NCBI GenBank assembly: GCA_024762935.1
Contig: JANTGK010000001.1
Span: 6,101-70,100, forward strand
Direction: 5' to 3'
DNA: 64,000 nucleotides
Origin: Candidatus Peregrinibacteria bacterium
GTDB lineage: Bacteria > Patescibacteriota > Gracilibacteria > CAIRYL01 > GCA-016699755
Position 1 is the first letter of the stretch, and each line of letters starts with the position of its first letter. The notes beneath the pieces were generated by a model, which saw only the letters and a list, made by a program, of their open reading frames with translations, searched no databases and was not told the DNA's origin. The position numbers and the translations under genes are program-made. Below are positions 8,480-18,227 of the stretch, one piece after another.

Positions 8480-8595
8480 AGAAGAAGAGGGAATTGTGAA
8501 ATGAGATACACGGAGGGCAAACACAAGGTGTTCCTGTTGGGGCTTGCAAAGTTGCTTCTAAAAAGGAAATAATCTTATGAATTCTCATATATTCT

Positions 8596-9168
8596 ATGCT
8601 CTTTGAACCGTTTACATCTCGTGCGATTCGTATTCCACGAAAAGATATTGATACCGATATTATTATTCCAGCGAAATACTTAAAGGGAACCGATACTTCT
8701 GGCCTAGCTGATGGGTGTTTTGCAGAACTGAAAAAAGACGCTCAGTTTCCAATGAACCGGCCTGAATTTAAGGCAGCAAAAATTATTATTGCTGGACCTA
8801 ATTTTGGATGTGGGTCAAGTCGAGAACATGCTCCTTGGGCACTTGTTCAATCGGGAATTCGGGCAATTATCTCTTCAGAATTTGCTGATATTTTTCGGGG
8901 TAATGCAGAAAAAAATGGACTTCTTACCCTTCAAATTCCTGAGACAGAAGTACAAGAACTCTTCGAGATGGATGAACTTGCAGAAATTACCATTGACCTT
9001 CCCGAACAAAAAATTATCACTGAGCAGAAGCAATATGCCTTTCAGATTTCACAGTTTTCCAAAATGAGGTTTATTGAAGGACTCTCTGATATCGATTACC
9101 TATCAAAATTTTCTGAGAAAATTTTAGATTTTGAAAAACAAAGATGTGCTCTTTTGCCACGAATATAA
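8596..9168 (+). CDS. leuD: 3-isopropylmalate dehydratase small subunit
   Basis: 190 aa. The LeuD pattern includes GPNFGCGSSREHAPWAL. Confidence 0.9.
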   Translation: MLFEPFTSRAIRIPRKDIDTDIIIPAKYLKGTDTSGLADGCFAELKKDAQFPMNRPEFKAAKIIIAGPNFGCGSSREHAPWALVQSGIRAIISSEFADIFRGNAEKNGLLTLQIPETEVQELFEMDELAEITIDLPEQKIITEQKQYAFQISQFSKMRFIEGLSDIDYLSKFSEKILDFEKQRCALLPRI

Positions 9169-9331
9169 AGAGAGAATAATAGAGAAAAGAATGCATTATG
9201 TATTGCACAATAAGAAGAGAGATTGAATGAAAGTATTACAAGAGTGTAGAGAGAAACTGATGCAATTATCTCTACAGAGAGGTACTTGTTCCTTTCTCTT
9301 TCCATATACACAAAAAAAGAGTATAATTTAA

Positions 9332-9340
9332 TGATATAAT
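9332..9340 (+). promoter_or_regulatory. extended -10 element (TGATATAAT) 8 nt upstream of the PKD-protein ATG
   Basis: TGnTATAAT match at 9332-9340. No Shine-Dalgarno sequence lies between it and ATG 9349. Confidence 0.35.
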
Positions 9341-9348
9341 CACTAAAA

Positions 9349-11532
9349 ATGTCGGAATCTGATAACGACGAAAAAAGTTTATTTTGGCAAAAACTTGAGC
9401 AGGAACAAGAGGCATTGAAAAAAAATACTCCCGTTTCCAAACCTCCAAACAAGCCACATAAACCTCATAAAAAGGGAAAGAGAAAATTTTCTGCTATTGC
9501 CCTCTTTGCAACAGTATTTCTTCTCTTCCTGATTATTATTGTTCTTCTTATTTTTTCGATGTCCCTTGGGGGAGCAGGGAATCCTGTACTTCAGTTTTTT
9601 GGTCAAAATGAAAATACTGTTAAGGATTTTCTCTTGCAAATAGTAAATGGTTCCTTTGGCTTCTTATCTGTTATTCTCCTTATTCTTATTGCTGTTACTC
9701 TATTTTTTGGATTCTCTCTGCCAAAAAACGAGGTTCAGAAAAGAAGTGTTTCATTTGTATTTTCACTTGTCTCTCTTGGGCTTATCTTTGTGACTATTCT
9801 CTCTTGGCTTGGGATGCATAGGTTTGTTTCTGCTCTGGAAATCAGCTCTACTGTTGGAGAGAGGGAAGCAGGAATTATCCTTTATATTCGAGAAAAGGAT
9901 GGACTCCGAAAGATATCGCCCCAAGAAACCGAAACAATGAATGTCCCTCTTATTCTTGGGTTTTCAGCAGAACAGTTCGAGAAGTTTTTTGCGGATAAGG
10001 GTATTAAGTCATATGTGTGGGATTTCACGGGAAATAATGTTTATGACACTTCTACTCAAAACACCCTTCTTGAACGAAGAATACAACGATATGGGAATCA
10101 TGAAGTTGGTCTTCAGGTCCTCTTTGATGATGGCACTACTGCTACTTCACATATCTCCTTTTCTATTCCAGAAGGATCATTTGATGCTTATCCTGAAACG
10201 GGACCTATCCCGCTGAAGGTCACCTTTGATGCGAGCGAAATATCAAAACCATATAAGGGGTCGATTGCCAGTTTCGAGTGGGATTTTAACAATGATTTTG
10301 TTTATGAAGATACATCTCGAAGCCCTACTATTTCACATACATTTGAGAAAATTGGAACGTATACGATTGGACTGAGAATTGTTAATCAAGATCAAACATT
10401 GCAGACTTTCTCTCGTGAAATAACTACAACTAGTACGGAAGAAGACTCCATCACTCCTCTTATTACAACATACCCAGAGATGCCAAATCCTTCTCTGAAA
10501 AGGTTAGAAATTAAGGCGGGGGATACTGTGGTCTTTAATGCCTCAAATTCATGGAGTCTTGATGGAAAAATTATTTCATATCGGTGGAGGTCTTCTGATA
10601 ATACAATTATTAAAAAAGGACCAACGATGGAACGGAAGTTTTTGGATGAAGGGGAGGTCGAAATAAGCCTTACTCTTCGAGATGAATCGGGAAATACGAG
10701 TGAGGAAAAATTTTATGTTGTTGTTCTTCCTTCCCCAAAGCCACCAGTTGTATTGATTGCAACTGATCCTGAGGCAGATTCTGAGCATGGAATTTCTGGA
10801 ACTGTTCCTTTTCAGGTTCTTTTTGATGCTTCAGGGTCAACCGATGAAGATGATGATATTGTTGCCTATGAATGGGATTTTGATGGAGATGGGGAAGTGG
10901 ATGATTCTGGTGAAAAAGTAACGCATACCTTTAATATTGTCGGAAAATACAATGTTCTTGTTTCTGTTCGAGACGAAAAAGGTTTGCAGTCTACTCAGGA
11001 AATCCCTGTAGAAGTAAAAAATACAGATCTTACTGCTGTTATCTATGCGAATCCAGAGAGCGCTTTTGTTCCATGTACTGTGGATTTTGACGGATCTCTT
11101 TCATCGTGTGCAGATTGTGAAATCATGGGGTATGAATGGGATTTTGGGGATGGCAATGTTACTGGGATTACAACTGCAAAAGTTACTCATCCGTATCAGC
11201 AAATCGGGAAATTTACTGCGAGTCTTACGGTGCATTCAAAGGATAATACTGATCAGGTCAGTAAAAATATTTTCTGTCTTGAGGTTCCAGTAGATGCCTG
11301 CTTTACATCGTCAAAATTGAGAGGAAGGGCTCCTCTGAAGGCAAGCTTTAATCCGGATTGTACAACAGGTACTATTGAGAGCTGGGTCTGGGATTTTGGG
11401 GACGGAACCAGTTCTGATGAACGTATTCCGACACATCTCTATAAAAAAAATGGAGAGTATACTGTGACACTAACAGTGACGGATGCGAACAAGAATATAG
11501 ATACTGATACTCTTGTTATTTCTGTAGAGTAG
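9349..11532 (+). CDS. membrane-anchored protein with multiple PKD domains
   Basis: 727 aa. Basic N-terminus, several hydrophobic spans (residues about 50-165), then repeated WDF(G/D/N)xDG...H.Y...G.Y.V.L.V motifs (WDFTGNN, WDFNNDF, WDFDGDG, WDFGDGN, WDFGDGT). Confidence 0.85.
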   Translation: MSESDNDEKSLFWQKLEQEQEALKKNTPVSKPPNKPHKPHKKGKRKFSAIALFATVFLLFLIIIVLLIFSMSLGGAGNPVLQFFGQNENTVKDFLLQIVNGSFGFLSVILLILIAVTLFFGFSLPKNEVQKRSVSFVFSLVSLGLIFVTILSWLGMHRFVSALEISSTVGEREAGIILYIREKDGLRKISPQETETMNVPLILGFSAEQFEKFFADKGIKSYVWDFTGNNVYDTSTQNTLLERRIQRYGNHEVGLQVLFDDGTTATSHISFSIPEGSFDAYPETGPIPLKVTFDASEISKPYKGSIASFEWDFNNDFVYEDTSRSPTISHTFEKIGTYTIGLRIVNQDQTLQTFSREITTTSTEEDSITPLITTYPEMPNPSLKRLEIKAGDTVVFNASNSWSLDGKIISYRWRSSDNTIIKKGPTMERKFLDEGEVEISLTLRDESGNTSEEKFYVVVLPSPKPPVVLIATDPEADSEHGISGTVPFQVLFDASGSTDEDDDIVAYEWDFDGDGEVDDSGEKVTHTFNIVGKYNVLVSVRDEKGLQSTQEIPVEVKNTDLTAVIYANPESAFVPCTVDFDGSLSSCADCEIMGYEWDFGDGNVTGITTAKVTHPYQQIGKFTASLTVHSKDNTDQVSKNIFCLEVPVDACFTSSKLRGRAPLKASFNPDCTTGTIESWVWDFGDGTSSDERIPTHLYKKNGEYTVTLTVTDANKNIDTDTLVISVE

Positions 11533-11576
11533 AGAAAATTCAAAAACTGAAAAAAACTTTGTTTCTCGAGAGAGGT

Positions 11577-11711
11577 ATGAGACAATGGATTGTGCTCTTT
11601 CTTTTATATATGCAACAATCGAAAACAAAAAAATTCTTTATTGTATTTCTTTCGATCCTTGCCGTCGTATCTTTACTGGCGAGCTCTTTTATTGGTCTGC
11701 TGTCTCTCTAG
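11577..11711 (+). CDS. possible small membrane protein (44 aa)
   Basis: My translation is MRQWIVLFLLYMQQSKTKKFFIVFLSILAVVSLLASSFIGLLSL with one clear TM span. It fills an otherwise empty gap, but there is no supporting homology. Confidence 0.25.
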   Translation: MRQWIVLFLLYMQQSKTKKFFIVFLSILAVVSLLASSFIGLLSL

Positions 11712-11717
11712 AGCTTT

Positions 11718-12161
11718 TTGAAGATTCCGCATTTTTCTTTGCCGGCAAGTAATGGGAGGTCATATACCCAAGATGACTTTTCTGACGGAGTTTTTGTGTT
11801 GTATTTTTATCCAAAAGATATGACTTCAGGATGTACAATGGAGTCTCAAGGTTTTCGTGATGCGGAACCAGAATTTTTAAAATATGGGGTTAAGATTTTT
11901 GGGGTCTCAAAGGATCCGATTTCATCTCACGAGAAATTTTCTAAAAAGGAGTCTTTACAGTTTCCACTTCTTTCTGATGAAAATGTGGAACTTATTACTG
12001 CTCTTGGGCTATGGAAAGAAAAATCTCTTTATGGTCGAAAATATATGGGAACCGAGAGAAGTACTTTTTTAATAAAAAATGGCGACATTATTCAAGAGTG
12101 GAGAAAGGTGAAAGTGAAAGGTCATGTAGAAGAAGTTCTTTCGGCTGTTCGCCAACTCTGA
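11718..12161 (+). CDS. bcp: peroxiredoxin Bcp (thiol peroxidase)
   Basis: 147 aa with a TTG start. Motif FYPKDMTSGCTMESQGFRD matches the Bcp/PrxQ active site. Confidence 0.9.
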   Translation: MKIPHFSLPASNGRSYTQDDFSDGVFVLYFYPKDMTSGCTMESQGFRDAEPEFLKYGVKIFGVSKDPISSHEKFSKKESLQFPLLSDENVELITALGLWKEKSLYGRKYMGTERSTFLIKNGDIIQEWRKVKVKGHVEEVLSAVRQL

Positions 12162-12167
12162 TTTTTT

Positions 12168-12944
12168 GTGTTTATGAAATATATCTCTTTTTACACGCTT
12201 GCTCTTGGAAGTATTTTTTTCATTTTTTCAGCATCTTGCAGTGCAAGAGCATATGTATCCCCAACACTTGAGATTCAGAAATGTAAAAAGATTCCGAATC
12301 GAGAAGATCGAAATCATTGTTTAAAAAAATTTTATTCACGAGGAAATCAAGAGCAGTCTGTAGAGGGTGTACAGGGGAGTACATCTTCATTTAAATCGTG
12401 TCGACGGATAGGAAACAGAAAATCAAGAGCCCTCTGTTATGCTCAGTTTCATCAAGAGCTTATTGACTCAAATAGGCAAAAAAATGTTCATTCAGAGACT
12501 TCTTCATCGAAAAAATCCAATCTTTTTCTCAAGATTATTCCTTGCGAAAAAAAGAAAAATCGTAGTGAGCGTATTGCTTGCTATAATGATTTTCACAAAG
12601 AGCAACTTTTAAAAAAGAGAAAACAGAAAGAAGAAAAAATGCAGGAGAGTGAGAAGAAAAAGATTTCTTCTTCGCCAACATTACAGATTTTGGTCTGTAA
12701 AAAAATGTCTGACAGAAAAGAGAGGAGTGCATGTTATCAAGAAATACGATTACAAAATAAGGAATCCAAGCAGCAGAGATATAGCATGGAAAAACAAAAT
12801 TTTAATCATAATGATGAGATGAAGGCATGTTTAAAAATTCAAAATGAAAAACGTCAGAAGAAATGTTTTGACGAACTTGCAAAAATTGAAAAAAGACTTT
12901 TTTATGATCAGGACTCTACGTTTCAACCACAAGACAGTCGGTAG
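12168..12944 (+). CDS. secreted lysine-rich protein with five Cx11C repeats
   Basis: 258 aa. Signal peptide MFMKYISFYTLALGSIFFIFSASCSA. Repeats are CKKIPNREDRNHC, CRRIGNRKSRALC, CEKKKNRSERIAC, CKKMSDRKERSAC and CLKIQNEKRQKKC. Confidence 0.7.
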   Translation: MFMKYISFYTLALGSIFFIFSASCSARAYVSPTLEIQKCKKIPNREDRNHCLKKFYSRGNQEQSVEGVQGSTSSFKSCRRIGNRKSRALCYAQFHQELIDSNRQKNVHSETSSSKKSNLFLKIIPCEKKKNRSERIACYNDFHKEQLLKKRKQKEEKMQESEKKKISSSPTLQILVCKKMSDRKERSACYQEIRLQNKESKQQRYSMEKQNFNHNDEMKACLKIQNEKRQKKCFDELAKIEKRLFYDQDSTFQPQDSR

Positions 12945-12948
12945 ATGA

Positions 12949-13025
12949 GGAACACGGAATCCTTCTTCGCCAAGGCTCCGAAGGGTAGGGAGGGAACAGG
13001 GAGAAAGAATTACAAATTACAGATT
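12949..13025 (+). repeat. phased heptamer spacer containing the 37-nt module
   Basis: Reads ggaacac ggaatcc ttcttcg ccaaggc tccgaag ggtaggg agggaac agggaga aagaatt acaaatt acagatt. The module is at 12961-12997. Confidence 0.8.
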
Positions 13026-13100
13026 TTCTCTATTGCTTTTCTTCTTCTTGAGGGGGATGGAAAAAAAATATACAATGGATAAGATTTTTTTCTTAACCCT

Positions 13101-13517
13101 ATGAAAGTTGCTTCAAGAGCTATTATTATTCATGATGGAAAAATTCTTCTTGTTCGACATAAAGGTCGAGATTTCTATGCTCTTCCTGGTGGAAAAGTAG
13201 ATGCAGAGGAAGATATTCGTTCTGCAATGGTAAGAGAAATAAAAGAAGAACTCAATCGTGACGCACAGGTTGGGAATCTCGTTTTTGTACATGAATTTCG
13301 GTATAAGGAAGGTTCACACAGTCTTGAATTTTTCTTTCTCATTGAGAATGGTGAAGATTTTGTTGGGGAATTAAATGGTACACATACAGAAATCGAGCTT
13401 GCTGAAATAAAATGGATCCCTCTTTCCGAGGTAAAAAATTTAAAACCAAGTTTCTTAATCGATAAAATACAAACGCTCTCTGCCAATTCACCAATAGAGT
13501 ACTATTCTACTGCATAA
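13101..13517 (+). CDS. NUDIX hydrolase
   Basis: 138 aa. Nudix box GGKVDAEEDIRSAMVREIKEELN. Confidence 0.85.
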   Translation: MKVASRAIIIHDGKILLVRHKGRDFYALPGGKVDAEEDIRSAMVREIKEELNRDAQVGNLVFVHEFRYKEGSHSLEFFFLIENGEDFVGELNGTHTEIELAEIKWIPLSEVKNLKPSFLIDKIQTLSANSPIEYYSTA

Positions 13518-13528
13518 AGTATTAGCCT

Positions 13529-14395
13529 TTATGATCTGCGTTCCATAAAGTCGGTGACATCAATTTGGGAGATATCTTGATGCGCAAGGGGTCCTTTTTT
13601 AAATTGGGGAACTTGCTCCTCATATGTTGGGAGTTCTTCTTGAAAGATGATTCCAGTAGGAATCTTTTCTTGTGGGGTGTTACAAAAGGTAATTGCCTCA
13701 CTTCGTGATGAGCAAATGGGGGCAGTCAAATCATTTTTATCGATATTTTTGTTATAAAAGTCGTATGTTTCTTGTTTATTAAATGTGACACAAGGCTGCA
13801 AAATATCGACAAAGGCGGCTCCATTATGATTCATGGCCTGTTTCATAATTTCTGTTAGTCCTGGTGCATCTGCTGAGTATGCACGAGCGACAAATGTAGC
13901 TCCCATTTGAAGAGCAAGTGATGCACCGTTCACATAATCTTCTATAGATCCAAAGGGAGTAGAACTTGTTTTTGTTCCTTTTTTTGCTGTGGGAGAGGTT
14001 TGACCCTTTGTCAGTCCATAAACACCATTGTTATCACATATAACCATTACGTCGAGGTTCCGACGGAAAAAATGAACAAAGTGTCCCATTCCAATACCAA
14101 GCCCATCGCCATCACCGACATTTACAATGATATTATTTTTGTGATTTGCTATTTTTGATCCGGTGGCAAATGGAATAGCGCGTCCATGAAGAGTGCATGA
14201 ACCATAGGTATTTATCCAGTATGGCAGGAGCGATCCACACCCAATTCCGGAAACAACCAATGTTTCATCGGGATCAGCATTGATTTCTACTAATGCTTTT
14301 TTTAATGCAGTCAGTATTCCAAAGTCCCCACAACCAGGGCACCACGAAGGAATAGCTTTTGTACTGTAGTCTTTTACGGTTCTCTCTGTGTTCAT
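13529..14395 (-). CDS. korB: 2-oxoacid:ferredoxin oxidoreductase beta subunit (TPP-binding)
   Basis: Motifs SWCPGCGDFGIL and GDGDGLGIG. The start is moved to ATG 14395 (MNTERTV), which overlaps the upstream stop as ATGA. Confidence 0.9.
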   Translation of the reverse strand: MNTERTVKDYSTKAIPSWCPGCGDFGILTALKKALVEINADPDETLVVSGIGCGSLLPYWINTYGSCTLHGRAIPFATGSKIANHKNNIIVNVGDGDGLGIGMGHFVHFFRRNLDVMVICDNNGVYGLTKGQTSPTAKKGTKTSSTPFGSIEDYVNGASLALQMGATFVARAYSADAPGLTEIMKQAMNHNGAAFVDILQPCVTFNKQETYDFYNKNIDKNDLTAPICSSRSEAITFCNTPQEKIPTGIIFQEELPTYEEQVPQFKKGPLAHQDISQIDVTDFMERRS

Positions 14396-16131
14396 AATTT
14401 TGACAAATATTTTTCTATTTCCTGAGCAATCCATTCTCCAGTCATTGGTCGACCATAGTAACTTCTAATAGAGTAATCAGGCGTTATTCCTGTAAACTCG
14501 GTCAATACTCCCTCAAGTTGTCCAGACTGATTCCCTTCGACCATAATGAGATTTTCTCTATCTTTTAGTATTTCCTGTACAGCATCTGTTTTGAAAGGAA
14601 GGATATATTGCATTTGAATGACCTCTATGTCGAATCCTTTTTTCTGAAGAATATTCTGTGCTTCTAAAGTTGGATTTTTTGTCCCTCCCCAGATCATTAC
14701 TTTATTTTTTGATGATCCAAAAACTTTCGGATCTGGAAGTTCTTTTTCTAATGTTTTTATTTTTCGCCAGCGTTTTTCCATCATTACTTTCACTTCTGGT
14801 GTCTCCTCAACTGGTTTTCCATGTTCGTCATGTTCATAACTCGTTGATGTATATCGACCTCCTTTCATGCCTGGCACAGAACGAGGAGAGATACCATCAG
14901 GTGTGTCTTTATATCGCATAAAATTTCCATCAAGTTCTGAGGGGGGAGCGATTTTTCCTCTATCGATATTGATGTTTTTTGTAATATCAAATTCACAGGT
15001 TCTGTATTGGTCAGCAATATATTTTTCGGTAAGGAATATTACTGGAAGCTGATACTTTTCTGCATAATTAAAGGCTTCTCCTGTGAGATCTACACAGTCT
15101 TGGTGATCACCAGCGGCGATGACAAGCCGAGGAAAATCGCCTTGTCCACAGTGCATAGCCATACGAAGATCTCCTTGCCCCGTTCTTGTTGGTAATCCAG
15201 TGCTTGGACCAGGTCGTTGTGCATCAAAAATGACTACAGGGGCTTCGATTTGACCAGCAAGGCTCACTGCTTCACCCATGAGCGCAAAACCACCTCCACT
15301 GGTTCCTGTGGCTGCTCGAATTCCAGAATGACCAGCACCAATGGCCATATTGACTGCAGATATTTCGTCTTCTGCATGAACAACAACAATGTCATAGTTT
15401 TGTGATTCTTTTGCGAGTGTTGTGAGGATAGTGCTTCCTGGGGTCATGGGGTATGCTGATAGGAATTTTAGCCCAGATCGTATACACCCAAGAGCAATAG
15501 CTTCATTTCCCCCCATAAGAAACCGTTTTTTTTCGTCCCCTTTGAGTTGATTTGAAATCTGGTGGGTAACATTTTCTTTTACATAATCATACCCTGCCTG
15601 TAGAGCACGATGGTTTATTTCTACAACTTCTTTCCCTTTCCGAGTAAAAATTGTTTCGAGAACTGTTTTCATTTGTTCAGGACTCTGACCTATTATGGCA
15701 AAAACAGCACCAACTCCAACAACATTTGCTGCGAGTGAAAGCCCTGACTCTTTCGCCATTCGAGCAATAGGAACATGAATCATTTCTACTGTCTCGGGGA
15801 TATCAATATCATCAATGTTTATCTTTTCTCCATCATAAATAATGGCACCACCTTCGTCGATTTCAGTGCAGTGTTGCTGAACTGAGTTTTTATCCATTGC
15901 TATCATCAGATCATAATGATTTTGATGTGAGAGTATTTCTGTATTTCCAACATGAACAGAGGCGAAGCTGTGTCCGCCACGAATTATATTTTGATATTCA
16001 CTTGTTGTTATAGCAAAGAGTCCTTCACGCGTTAAGGCGAGAGCAAGAGAATGAGTAATAGACTCAATTCCTGTTCCTGCGGGTCCACCAGCTAATATAT
16101 GAATCTTATTTTTTACAGTTTTGGGTGTCAT
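14392..16131 (-). CDS. korA: 2-oxoacid:ferredoxin oxidoreductase alpha subunit (fused gamma-alpha type)
   Basis: The N-terminal gamma-like domain (ILAGGPAGTGIES) is followed by the alpha domain (FLSAYPMTPGS). The start is moved to MTPKTV at 16131 because the longer ORF would overlap the pfkB-family gene. Confidence 0.9.
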   Translation of the reverse strand: MTPKTVKNKIHILAGGPAGTGIESITHSLALALTREGLFAITTSEYQNIIRGGHSFASVHVGNTEILSHQNHYDLMIAMDKNSVQQHCTEIDEGGAIIYDGEKINIDDIDIPETVEMIHVPIARMAKESGLSLAANVVGVGAVFAIIGQSPEQMKTVLETIFTRKGKEVVEINHRALQAGYDYVKENVTHQISNQLKGDEKKRFLMGGNEAIALGCIRSGLKFLSAYPMTPGSTILTTLAKESQNYDIVVVHAEDEISAVNMAIGAGHSGIRAATGTSGGGFALMGEAVSLAGQIEAPVVIFDAQRPGPSTGLPTRTGQGDLRMAMHCGQGDFPRLVIAAGDHQDCVDLTGEAFNYAEKYQLPVIFLTEKYIADQYRTCEFDITKNINIDRGKIAPPSELDGNFMRYKDTPDGISPRSVPGMKGGRYTSTSYEHDEHGKPVEETPEVKVMMEKRWRKIKTLEKELPDPKVFGSSKNKVMIWGGTKNPTLEAQNILQKKGFDIEVIQMQYILPFKTDAVQEILKDRENLIMVEGNQSGQLEGVLTEFTGITPDYSIRSYYGRPMTGEWIAQEIEKYLSKL

Positions 16132-16243
16132 ATGAAATGGATAAGTATTTTTGTTGCCTCTCGATTGCTTCCTGAAAATGAAAGAAAGAGTAGAGGGGGG
16201 GTGTTGACAATCTTTTTCTTGAGAAAGAGGGATTTTACGGATA

Positions 16244-17131
16244 TTACGATCCTTGACCTGATGGAAGTTGCACACATTCTGCACCAAGTTTCATTCCATT
16301 TTCAATGGCTGCATTAAATGTTCCCTCTTTTGTTAGTTCAGCGACAAATCCAGCACAGAAGGCATCACCTGCTCCAGTTGTTTCTATGATTTGTTCCACT
16401 TTTTGTACTGGGAAGGTATTTTCTTTTCCTTCGTGTTTTACCCACACTCCCAGTTCACCCTTTGTCTCTATTTGAGTGATATTATCAGGGATACCCCATT
16501 TTCGAAAATGTTGGAATTCAATATCATTTCCAATAAGAATCGACGACATTTGGCAACATTTATGAAAATTCTCTTTTTCAAAAAAAGGAGTGACTTGTCC
16601 TGGAGCGAATATTGCTGTTCCATTTGTGGCACCGATTCGATATTCCTTTAGGTGTTTTTCGATAGATATCGGTGTTCCTGCCGCAAAAATTGCATATTGA
16701 TATCTGGCGAGATCAGTTTCTATGAAAAAATCAAGAAGACTCTGGTGTTCATTGACTTCGTATACATTTGGTTGCCAAATGATGAGCTGTTGATGAAGGG
16801 GGTCAGAAATAAGATATGCATGGGCAGTGTGATCACCTGCATTTCCATGAATATTTACACCGAGATCTTTTAGTTTTTGTTCATATCCTTTTTCCCAGAA
16901 ATCTTTTCCATATGCAGAAAAAACATCTGAGTGCACTCCTTCTTTGCCGAGCCAATATGAAATATTCCCTGCTGTTCCTCCAAAGAATTCTTTTTTTCCA
17001 TCTGCGATAAAACTGGCATTAAAGTTGCGTATTTCTCCTCCTTCTAGGGGGATTGATTGGCGGAAATCATGAGGAATGGAGAAAATGATATCAAATGCCA
17101 AAGAGCCGACGACCAGAGGTTTTATTTCCAT
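16244..17131 (-). CDS. PfkB-family carbohydrate/nucleoside kinase
   Basis: 295 aa. C-terminal TTGAGDAFCAGF signature of the ribokinase/PfkB family. Confidence 0.8.
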   Translation of the reverse strand: MEIKPLVVGSLAFDIIFSIPHDFRQSIPLEGGEIRNFNASFIADGKKEFFGGTAGNISYWLGKEGVHSDVFSAYGKDFWEKGYEQKLKDLGVNIHGNAGDHTAHAYLISDPLHQQLIIWQPNVYEVNEHQSLLDFFIETDLARYQYAIFAAGTPISIEKHLKEYRIGATNGTAIFAPGQVTPFFEKENFHKCCQMSSILIGNDIEFQHFRKWGIPDNITQIETKGELGVWVKHEGKENTFPVQKVEQIIETTGAGDAFCAGFVAELTKEGTFNAAIENGMKLGAECVQLPSGQGS

Positions 17132-17336
17132 TTTTCTTATTATGCCTTAATTACACAAAAAATTCCAGCTTATTTGTATACTCTATAGTCTGTAAAATTT
17201 TTTTGCAGAGTTTGTAAAATTTCTCAAAAAGGAGGATTTTCACCCTCATTGTTGGAGAATAAAAAGAATTACTCTCTGGGGGATTATAATCTTGCTTGGC
17301 TTTCCTTGATTCTCAGAGAGAGTATACTAGGAGACG

Positions 17337-18227
17337 ATGCCACTTTTTTGTTATTACATTTTTGGCACAATAACTGCTCTTCTCCCAGCATTGCTCTGGT
17401 TATGGATGTGGTATAAAAAAGATAATCAAGAGCCAGAGCCGAAGCAGATGATTGTTCGAAGCTTTTTTCTCGGAATGTTAGCAGTTCTTCCGTTTTTTGG
17501 ACTTGACTGGCAATGGGACAATTCACCGCACCTTCAGAATTTGTGGAAAATATTTTCGACTTCTTTGTATTTTTTTCCACTGCTTCTCTCTACTTTCTCT
17601 TTTGCCTTTTTGGAAGAATCCCTGAAACATTTTGCCGTATTGCGTCTCGGGAAGCATCTCCAGATACATTTTACTCAGGTTATTGATGGCGTCATCTATT
17701 CTGTAGCGGTTGCTCTTGGATTTTCCTTTGCAGAAAATCTTCTCTATTTTATCTCCCTGCTTGAGTATTTTGACCTTTCTGATAGTACTTTATGGAATGT
17801 GGTTATTTTTAGAAGTATTGCGACCACATTTGGACATTCACTTTTTTCCGGTATATTTGGTCTTTTTTGGGGGCATGCTTTTGTTTCTGATGGAGTAACG
17901 ACAAAACACTCATTTTCTTCTTCTCTCTTTTTTCGTCATTTCTTCAGAACATTTCGGTTTCATATTATTCGATCACATATCCTTCGGAATCGTATTTCCA
18001 CCCGAGGTCATGAAAAGGGAGACCTTGTTCGTGAAGGTCTTTTATTGGCGACCATTGTTCACACACTCTTTAATTTGTTTTTAGAGATTCAAATTTTTGG
18101 AATGCCGCTGACCCCTTTTGTAGTTCCACTGTTAGTAGGTGGATTTCTTTATCTGAGAAAACAGTTTCTCCTTCCGAATAATATTCAGATTCTTCAGCCA
18201 GTGCGAAAGGAAAAGAAATATGAGTAG
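17337..18227 (+). CDS. prsW: PrsW-family intramembrane metalloprotease
   Basis: 296 aa, polytopic. Carries EExxK (FLEESLKH) and FGHSLFSG motifs. Confidence 0.75.
   Translation: MPLFCYYIFGTITALLPALLWLWMWYKKDNQEPEPKQMIVRSFFLGMLAVLPFFGLDWQWDNSPHLQNLWKIFSTSLYFFPLLLSTFSFAFLEESLKHFAVLRLGKHLQIHFTQVIDGVIYSVAVALGFSFAENLLYFISLLEYFDLSDSTLWNVVIFRSIATTFGHSLFSGIFGLFWGHAFVSDGVTTKHSFSSSLFFRHFFRTFRFHIIRSHILRNRISTRGHEKGDLVREGLLLATIVHTLFNLFLEIQIFGMPLTPFVVPLLVGGFLYLRKQFLLPNNIQILQPVRKEKKYE

Noticed and set aside
16132-16287. Long N-terminal extensions offered by the ORF track (korA to 16287, lepA to 27357, 18840-19388, nth from 42543, ftsA from 47095, thrC from 32420, rplA to 53648)
   Set aside because: The extensions overlap neighbouring genes or repeat spacers and add non-homologous residues. 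Internal ATGs reproduce the canonical family N-termini.
17199-17232. Direct repeat TGTAAAATTT twice, 22 nt apart, in the pfkB/prsW divergent promoter region as an operator
   Set aside because: These are short AT-rich repeats expected by chance in this composition, and there is no nearby regulator to link them to.
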